A stretch of 64,000 nucleotides of DNA. Source: Myxococcota bacterium (GTDB taxonomy: Bacteria; Myxococcota_A; UBA9160; UBA6930). The translations under genes were made by a program, and so were the position numbers. Position 1 is the stretch's first letter. Each line of letters opens with the position of its first letter. The notes under the pieces were generated by a model, which was given only the letters and a program-made list of their open reading frames with translations, searched no databases and was not told where the DNA came from. The stretch is taken from positions 2,656,001 to 2,720,000 of the forward strand of contig OZ245015.1 in NCBI GenBank assembly GCA_965223705.1, read 5' to 3'. Shown in pieces: positions 57,490 to 64,000 of the stretch.

Positions 57490-57529
57490 GAGACTCGAAG
57501 TTTCCCCGCGCGACGCCACGGTGCGGAAG

Positions 57530-58861
57530 CTAACCCGCGCGCGCTGCTGCGACGAGTACGAAGTCGGCGACGTTCGTTCCGGTGGGGCCGGTCCGCAGCA
57601 AACCGCCGGCCGCCTCGAAGAAACCGTGGGAGTCGTGACGCTCGAGATCGCGCCGCGGGTCGCGCCCGCGCTGCCGGGCAATCTCGCACGAGCTCCCGTC
57701 GCTGAACGCGCCGGCGGCGTCGGTGGGTCCGTCGACGCCGTCACTACCCGCTGCGAGGAGCGAAACACCGCGCTCCCCGTCGAGCTCGAGTGCCGCCGCG
57801 AGGGCCAGCTCCTGATTCCGCCCGCCATGACCGCGCTCTGCGGGGTCACCTTCGAGACGAACGGTGGACTCGCCGCCCGCGATCGTGACCTGCCCCCGGG
57901 CGAGGGACCGCCCGACGGCGGCGAAGCGTTTGCCAAGGAGGGCCGCCTCCCCCGAGAAGGCCTGGGACTGGACGGACGCCTCGAGACCCTGGCGTCGCGC
58001 GGCGTCGCGCATCGCCTCGCGTGCCATGCCGTTGCTCGCGACTAAACGGTGCTGCACGTTTCGAAAGCTGGGATGGCCCGGGGGCAACGTTCCAGGCCTC
58101 TCGCCCCGATGACCCGCCTCGAGAAAGGCTCGCGCGCCCGATGGAAACGCGTTCGGTCGCGCGCCGCGCGCGATACAAGCGAGCGCATCCGCGGCGGTCG
58201 TCCGGTCAGGCGCGAAGGGCCCGGAGCCCAGCACCGACCAATCGTCATTCATGACGTCGGAAATCCCCAGGACGAGAATCCCTCCGCCCCTTCGGGCGGC
58301 CGCGAGGCGCCCGCCAGCGCAGGCGAACAGGTGTTTGCGCACGGTGTTCTGCGCCGCGATCTCGAGCCCGCTCGCGAGCAACCACTCTGTCGCGGCCCGC
58401 CCTTCCTCGAGAGCGAGACCCGAGAGCGGTTCCGCAAGGAGCGACGAGGCGCCGCCCGACAGGAGGACCAACAAGAAGTCCTGTCGAGGAACAGCCGCGG
58501 TGAAATCGCGAACCGCCCGACCCGCGCGAGCGCTGGTTTCGTCTGGAACCGGGTGGCTCGATTCTTCGACGACGAGGTCGGGGAACGTTGCCCGTTGCGA
58601 TGCCGGCGAGTCGTGTCGCGGCGTCACCGCGAGGCCGCCTCTCCATTCCGGCAGGTCGGCGAGCGCCGCCATCATCGGCAGGGCGGCCTTCCCGATCGCG
58701 AGCCCGTGGACGCCGGATTCCGGGGGGAGCGCCACGCCCGCGATCTCGGCGCGATCGCCGCGCCGCCGGATTACGCGGGCAACGCAGCGTCGAGGCTCGA
58801 CCGCCGAGAGCCCCTCGGCGAGAAGCCCCTCGAGAACCCGCCGAGACGCGCCGCCGCTCAC
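57530..58861 (-). CDS. Glycerate 2-kinase (TtuD/MOFRL family)
   Basis: IGKAA, HPVPD, SGGASSL, GGRNQE, DGVDG, TGPTGTNVAD. Confidence 0.9.
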   Translation of the reverse strand: MSGGASRRVLEGLLAEGLSAVEPRRCVARVIRRRGDRAEIAGVALPPESGVHGLAIGKAALPMMAALADLPEWRGGLAVTPRHDSPASQRATFPDLVVEESSHPVPDETSARAGRAVRDFTAAVPRQDFLLVLLSGGASSLLAEPLSGLALEEGRAATEWLLASGLEIAAQNTVRKHLFACAGGRLAAARRGGGILVLGISDVMNDDWSVLGSGPFAPDRTTAADALACIARGARPNAFPSGARAFLEAGHRGERPGTLPPGHPSFRNVQHRLVASNGMAREAMRDAARRQGLEASVQSQAFSGEAALLGKRFAAVGRSLARGQVTIAGGESTVRLEGDPAERGHGGRNQELALAAALELDGERGVSLLAAGSDGVDGPTDAAGAFSDGSSCEIARQRGRDPRRDLERHDSHGFFEAAGGLLRTGPTGTNVADFVLVAAARAG

Positions 58862-59637
58862 GACCCGGCGTCGTCCCCTTTTTGTGGAAGCAACCGGATT
58901 TCGATCCGCCGATTGCGCGCGCGCCCATCGGGCGAGTCGTTGGACGCCACCGGATGGTGTTCGCCGAAGGACACCGCTGTCATGCGGTCCGCGCCGACGC
59001 CTTCGCGCTCGAGTAGCCGGACCACCTCCGACGCCCGTGCGGCGGCGAGTTCCCAGTTGCTCGGGTAGCGCAGCGCGAGGGCTCCGGTGATCGGTACGTT
59101 GTCCGTGTGGCCCTGGACCTCGACGCGGTGTGTGATGTCGGAAAGACGCGCCGCCACGGTGCCGATCACACTGCGCCCCGCCCCGTTCAACCGTGCCGAC
59201 CCCGTGGCGAACAGGATCTCTTGCGACAGGTTCAGGCGCAGTCCTTCACGCAATTGTTCGATCTGGATCTGGCCGGCGGCGACTTCGGATTCGAGGTCCG
59301 ACACCAAGGCGTCGTACGTTCCGGAGAGGTTGTGGATTTCCTGCTCGAGCTCGGCTTCGCGCGCTTTGAGCGTTCCTTCGAGCTCTGAACGCTGCCGGCG
59401 CAAAGCGACGATCCGCTCTTCGAGCGCAGCCCCGGTCTCGCGCAGCTCTTCCGTCTCCTCGATCAGCGCAAGTCGCTCGGCCTGGAGTGCATCCCGCGTC
59501 TTGCCCATCTGGGACAACTCGCGACGCAGCCCGTCGCGCTCTTTCACGACGGCTTCGTGGGTGCCGGCGGTGACGCAAGCCGTGAGCGACACGCCGAGCA
59601 CCCAGGGCGCGACGAACAAAAGAGGCAGCGATCTCAC
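58858..59637 (-). CDS. OmpA/MotB-family lipoprotein with coiled coil
   Basis: Lipobox LTAC, coiled coil, GHTDNVP, NWELAAARA, NRRIEI. Confidence 0.88.
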   Translation of the reverse strand: MRSLPLLFVAPWVLGVSLTACVTAGTHEAVVKERDGLRRELSQMGKTRDALQAERLALIEETEELRETGAALEERIVALRRQRSELEGTLKAREAELEQEIHNLSGTYDALVSDLESEVAAGQIQIEQLREGLRLNLSQEILFATGSARLNGAGRSVIGTVAARLSDITHRVEVQGHTDNVPITGALALRYPSNWELAAARASEVVRLLEREGVGADRMTAVSFGEHHPVASNDSPDGRARNRRIEIRLLPQKGDDAGS

Positions 59638-59656
59638 AGGGGGACTCCGTTTCGGA

Positions 59657-62077
59657 TCAGGCGCTCTCCGGAAGGAGTGTCCGCGTGAGGACCTGATCGA
59701 TCGTACCGACGTATTCTAGATCGAGTCCGTCCAGGAGCGGCTCGGGAATCTCTTCAACGTCACGCAAGTTGCGCTCCGGGAGGAGAACCCGACGGATTCC
59801 CGCGCGTTTCGCGGCCAGGAGCTTTTCCTTGATCCCGCCCACCGGCAGCACTTTGCCGCGGAGCGTGATCTCGCCCGTCATGGCCACATCCGATGGTGCA
59901 GCACGGCCCGTCAGGAGCGATGCGAGGGACGTCACCATGGCGACGCCAGCTGAAGGTCCGTCTTTCGGAATCGCCCCCGACGGCACGTGAATGTGTAGGT
60001 CGTTCGACTCAAACGGTGTCTCTGACACACCCAGGTCGGGCGCCCGCGTGCGAAGCCACGACCTCGCCGCCTCCGCGGACTCGCGCATGACGTCGCCGAG
60101 GGAACCCGTGAGCTTGAGCTCGCCCTTTCCGGGCATCCGGGTGGACTCGATAAACAGGATGTCGCCGCCGACCGGCGTGTAGGCGAGGCCCACCGCGACG
60201 CCGGGCTTTCCGGCGCGGTCTGCCAGCTCCGATTCGTAGCGGACGGGTCCGAGCCACGTCGCCAGATCTTCCGGCCGAATGACGATGGCATCCGGCGGGG
60301 TCTCGGCCTCGGCGACCTGGCGCGCCGTCTTGCGGCACAAAGCGCCGAGTTCGCGCTCGAGGTTTCTCACTCCGGCTTCTCGCGTGTAGTGGTGGATCAA
60401 GGCACGTACGGTCTCGTCGGGAATCTCAAGGGCGACTTCCGCTACGCCGTTGTCCCGTCGCTGCCGGGGAATGAGAAAGCGCCTCGCGATCTCGAGCTTG
60501 TCTTCCTCGGTGTATCCCGGCAGCTCGATGATCTCCATCCGGTCGCGCAGCGCCGGCGGGATGGGATCGAGCGTGTTCGCCGTCGCGACAAAGAGCACCT
60601 GCGACAAGTCGAAGGGAACTTCGAGGTAGTGGTCGCTAAACGTCGCGTTCTGTTCCGGGTCGAGCACTTCGAGGAGCGCGGACGAGGGATCGCCTCGATA
60701 GTCGGCGCCGACTTTATCCACCTCATCGAGCAGGAACACGGGATTGCGTGTCCCGGCCCTCCTCAGGTTCTGCACGATTCGCCCGGGCATGGCACCGACG
60801 TAGGTGCGGCGGTGGCCTCGGATTTCGGCTTCGTCGCGCACCCCGCCGAGCGAGACGCGGCAGAATTCTCGCGAGAGGGCTCGCGCGATCGAGCGGCCGA
60901 GCGAGGTCTTGCCCGTTCCCGGAGGACCGACGAAGCACAAGATCGGGCTCTTCAGATCGCGTTTCAGCGATAGCACCGCGATGTACTCGAGAATGCGTTC
61001 TTTGATTTTCTCGAGGCCCCAGTGGTCCTCGTCGAGGATCCGCGCGGCGGCATCGAGATCGAGCACGTCTTCGCTTTGCTTCTGCCACGGCAGATCGGTC
61101 ATCCACTCGAGATACGTGCGAATGACGCCGTATTCCGCGGCTGCTGACGGCGTCTCGGAGAGACGCGACAGCTCTCGCGTCGCTTGCTTGTGCGCCTCCT
61201 CGGGCATCCCCGACGCTTCGATGCGCTCGCGGAAGCGAGCGACTTCGGCGTCCTGGTCCTCGGTCTCGCCGAGCTCTTTCCGGATCTGGTCGAGCTGTTG
61301 GCGAAGGATGTACTCGCGCTGGGTCTTTCCGATATCCGTCTGAACTTTTTCGCGGATCTCGCTCTCGATGCGAATTTCGTCTCGTGCGCGTCGTAGCTCC
61401 TGCTCGACGATGCGCAGGCGATCGACCACGTCGAGCTGCTCGAGCAGCCGCTGCTTGGCCGACACGTCGATCTTCAAGTGTGAACCCACCAGGTCCGCGA
61501 GCGCCGACACTTCCTCGGTGCCGTGCGCCAACGCTTGGAGATCGTCGGACAGTCGCGCGTTCTCGGCGACATGGCTCGCGAATTCATCGCGCACGGTACG
61601 CGCGAGCGCCGTCGCTTCGACGGATTCGACATCGCCGTACTCTTCCAGCGCTTCGACGCGGGCGCGGAGATACGGCGCTTCCGACACATATTCGCGGATT
61701 TCGGCACGCGCCACGCCCTGCACCACCAGACGATAGGAATCGTCGGAGAACTTGAGCATGCGCACCACGCGCATGACGGTGCCCGACCGATAGAGGTCGC
61801 TTGGCGTCGGGCTTCCGTCGAGCTCTCCGCGAACCGCGACGGCAAGCATCATGCGCTCGGGCGTCACGAGCACAGCGTCGATCACCCGCTTCGAACGCTC
61901 CGTGTTGACCAACAACGGAGACATCAAGGCGGGAAAGAGCACCGTGTTCTTCAGCGGTAGAACCGGCAGCGTTTCCGGCAACTCGAGCGTTTCGATCTCG
62001 TCACCGTCGTCGAATTCGACGGCGACTTCTTCCGCACCCTCGGCCATGGTCTCGAGACGTCGTTCTTCGTCGCTCAT
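59657..62077 (-). CDS. lon: ATP-dependent Lon protease (copy 2)
   Basis: [35 protein letters not shown]. Confidence 0.95.
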   Translation of the reverse strand: MSDEERRLETMAEGAEEVAVEFDDGDEIETLELPETLPVLPLKNTVLFPALMSPLLVNTERSKRVIDAVLVTPERMMLAVAVRGELDGSPTPSDLYRSGTVMRVVRMLKFSDDSYRLVVQGVARAEIREYVSEAPYLRARVEALEEYGDVESVEATALARTVRDEFASHVAENARLSDDLQALAHGTEEVSALADLVGSHLKIDVSAKQRLLEQLDVVDRLRIVEQELRRARDEIRIESEIREKVQTDIGKTQREYILRQQLDQIRKELGETEDQDAEVARFRERIEASGMPEEAHKQATRELSRLSETPSAAAEYGVIRTYLEWMTDLPWQKQSEDVLDLDAAARILDEDHWGLEKIKERILEYIAVLSLKRDLKSPILCFVGPPGTGKTSLGRSIARALSREFCRVSLGGVRDEAEIRGHRRTYVGAMPGRIVQNLRRAGTRNPVFLLDEVDKVGADYRGDPSSALLEVLDPEQNATFSDHYLEVPFDLSQVLFVATANTLDPIPPALRDRMEIIELPGYTEEDKLEIARRFLIPRQRRDNGVAEVALEIPDETVRALIHHYTREAGVRNLERELGALCRKTARQVAEAETPPDAIVIRPEDLATWLGPVRYESELADRAGKPGVAVGLAYTPVGGDILFIESTRMPGKGELKLTGSLGDVMRESAEAARSWLRTRAPDLGVSETPFESNDLHIHVPSGAIPKDGPSAGVAMVTSLASLLTGRAAPSDVAMTGEITLRGKVLPVGGIKEKLLAAKRAGIRRVLLPERNLRDVEEIPEPLLDGLDLEYVGTIDQVLTRTLLPESA

Positions 62078-62430
62078 GACGTTTCTCCGGCCACTTCGAT
62101 CTTCCGGTGGTGCGGGTCGCGCTTCTGGAGCGCCACCACGAGGAAGCCGTCTTCCAGGTGGGCGCTGACCTGATCCGGATCGAAAGGAACCTCGACGCGA
62201 ATCGTCCTTTCGAAGGGGCCGAATGCGATTTCCATCCGGTGAACGCGGAGCGGACTGTGGGACTCGGCGGAGCGCCGGACTCCACGGATCGTCACGCGGT
62301 CTCCGTCCACGCGGACGCGTACGTCCTGGCTTCGCACCCCCGCGAGCTCCACCCGGATCGTGACCGCCTTCTCCGTCTCCGCGATGTCGACGGCGGGCTG
62401 CCAATGATCGTGGTCCGAAAAACCGCTCAG
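62074..62430 (-). CDS. Hsp20/alpha-crystallin small heat-shock protein; CTG start proposed
   Basis: In-frame [22 protein letters not shown] lies upstream of the ORF-track start (62352); also [11 protein letters not shown] and LEDGFL. Confidence 0.85.
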   Translation of the reverse strand: MSGFSDHDHWQPAVDIAETEKAVTIRVELAGVRSQDVRVRVDGDRVTIRGVRRSAESHSPLRVHRMEIAFGPFERTIRVEVPFDPDQVSAHLEDGFLVVALQKRDPHHRKIEVAGETS

Positions 62431-64000
62431 GAAGCCTTCTCCTCGGTGTACTCGGCGTCGATCACGTCGTCGTCGTCCGAGCCGCTCGCCGCGGTCTCTC
62501 CCCCCGCTTCCGCGCCACCGGCGGCGGCATCCGCCTTGTAGAGCGCCTCCGCCAGCTTGTGGGTCGCCTGTTCGACCCGCTGCGTCGCCGCGTCGATCCG
62601 TGCCGCATCATCGGAAGCGAGATCGTCTTTCGCTTCCTTGAGCACTTCCTCGACGTGTTTGCGCTCTTCCTCGGGGAGCTTGTCGGCGTTCTCCGCGATG
62701 TTCTTCTCCGCGCCGTAGATCATGGCGTCGAGTGCATTGTGCTTCTCGATCTTCTCGCGGCGTTCCCGGTCTTCGCTGGCGTGCGCTTCCGCGTCTTTCA
62801 CCATGCGATCGATCTCGTCTTTCTCGAGACCACCCGAGCCTTCGATACGGATCGACTGTTCCTTGTTGGTCGCGACGTCCTTGGCGTTCACCGAAAGGAT
62901 GCCGTTCGCATCGATGTCGAACGTCACTTCGATCTGGGGCACGCCGCGCGGCGCCGCGGGGATTCCGTCGAGGATGAACTTGCCGAGCTCGCGATTGTCG
63001 TTCGCCATCTCGCGTTCGCCCTGGAGGACCCGGATTTCCACCTGCGGCTGATTGTCCGCCGCCGTTGAGAAGACTTGACTCCGCTTCGAGGGAATCGTCG
63101 TGTTCCGCTCGATCAGCTTCGTCATCACCGAGCCCATGGTTTCGATACCGAGGGACAGGGGCGTCACGTCGAGCAGCAGCACGTCCTTGACGTCGCCGGC
63201 GAGTACGCCGCCTTGGATCGCTGCGCCGACGGCCACGACCTCGTCGGGGTTGACGCTGCGGTTCGGATCCTTGCCGAAAAGCTCTTTGACCTTCTCCTGG
63301 ACGAGCGGCACCCGGGTCGAGCCGCCGACGAGCACCACTTCGTCGATCTCGGAAGACTTCAGTCCCGCATCCACGAGCGCCTTGCGACAAGGCTCGAGCG
63401 TGCGCTCGACGAGATCCCCGACCAGCTGCTCGAACTTCGCCCGCGAGAGCTTCAGATTCATGTGCTTCGGGCCGCTCGCATCGGCGGTCACGTAGGGCAA
63501 GTTGATGTCGGTACTGGCCGAGGTCGACAGCTCGATCTTCGCCTTCTCGGCGGCTTCGCGGAGGCGCTGCATCGCCATGGGATCCTTCGCCAGATCGACA
63601 CCCTGATCCTTCTTGAACTCGTCGATCAGGTATTCGATCACCCGCTGGTCCAAGTTGTCGCCGCCCAGATGGGTATCGCCGTTCGTCGATTTCACCTCGA
63701 CGACGTTCTCACCGACTTCGAGAATCGAGATGTCGAACGTTCCGCCGCCGAAATCGTAGACGGCGATCTTCTCGTCGCTCTTCTTGTCGAGCCCGTACGC
63801 CAGCGCAGCTGCCGTGGGTTCGTTGATGATCCGCTTGACGTCGAGTCCCGCGATCTTGCCGGCGTCCTTCGTGGCTTGGCGCTGGGCGTCGTTGAAGTAC
63901 GCCGGGACGGTAATCACCGCGCCGGTCACGGGCTGACCGAGGTAGTCCTCGGCGGCCTTCTTCAGTTTCTGCAGAATCATCGCCGAGATCTCGGGCGGTG
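62427..64000 (-). CDS. dnaK: Chaperone DnaK (5' end outside window)
   Basis: [42 protein letters not shown]. Confidence 0.98.
   Translation of the reverse strand, partial: PPEISAMILQKLKKAAEDYLGQPVTGAVITVPAYFNDAQRQATKDAGKIAGLDVKRIINEPTAAALAYGLDKKSDEKIAVYDFGGGTFDISILEVGENVVEVKSTNGDTHLGGDNLDQRVIEYLIDEFKKDQGVDLAKDPMAMQRLREAAEKAKIELSTSASTDINLPYVTADASGPKHMNLKLSRAKFEQLVGDLVERTLEPCRKALVDAGLKSSEIDEVVLVGGSTRVPLVQEKVKELFGKDPNRSVNPDEVVAVGAAIQGGVLAGDVKDVLLLDVTPLSLGIETMGSVMTKLIERNTTIPSKRSQVFSTAADNQPQVEIRVLQGEREMANDNRELGKFILDGIPAAPRGVPQIEVTFDIDANGILSVNAKDVATNKEQSIRIEGSGGLEKDEIDRMVKDAEAHASEDRERREKIEKHNALDAMIYGAEKNIAENADKLPEEERKHVEEVLKEAKDDLASDDAARIDAATQRVEQATHKLAEALYKADAAAGGAEAGGETAASGSDDDDVIDAEYTEEKAS

Noticed and set aside
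58858..59637. MotB-like gene as evidence of a flagellar motor
   Set aside because: It has a lipobox and coiled coil rather than the MotB TM Asp motif, and no motA is adjacent.

Overview
A GC-rich bacterial chromosome segment with no phage, IS or CRISPR features visible. RomR-, MglA- and MotB-lipoprotein-like genes suggest a Myxococcota/deltaproteobacterial lineage (inference). In order: (1) a sigma54 regulatory block (degenerate histidine kinase, receiver-less bEBP, FleQ/FgrM-like activator, sigma54 promoter, fliA); (2) a PP2C phosphatase; (3) romR-nadC-birA-coaX-EF-G2-hypothetical-MglA paralog-3xGAF/degenerate GGDEF; (4) a JAB peptidase and an F420 LLM oxidoreductase; (5) a seven-gene cytochrome c4/heme-copper oxidase operon plus an uncalled 34-aa membrane ORF; (6) an MrfA/Hrq1-exonuclease fusion, ABC-F and tRNA-Leu(CAG); (7) MocA/XdhC genes and lon; (8) a surface-polysaccharide cluster (wcaJ-like, GTs, wbpBDE-like, kdsA); (9) GpgS-like, PilZ, a catalytically degenerate DinB and a penicillin acylase-like gene; (10) gap-pgk-tpiA-secG-tRNA-Leu(GAG); (11) FabF-like, hydrolase and flavin reductase genes; (12) on the minus strand, dnaK-hsp20-lon-ompA-glycerate kinase-ABC1. 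Two leads stand out. The first is an A-family oxidase that keeps its metal ligands and D-channel entry but appears to have lost the canonical K proton channel. The second is an apparently GTP-locked MglA paralog next to a GAF/degenerate-GGDEF protein with an intact RxxD I-site. All family assignments and residue alignments were made by eye, using reference sequences recalled from memory, and need computational confirmation.
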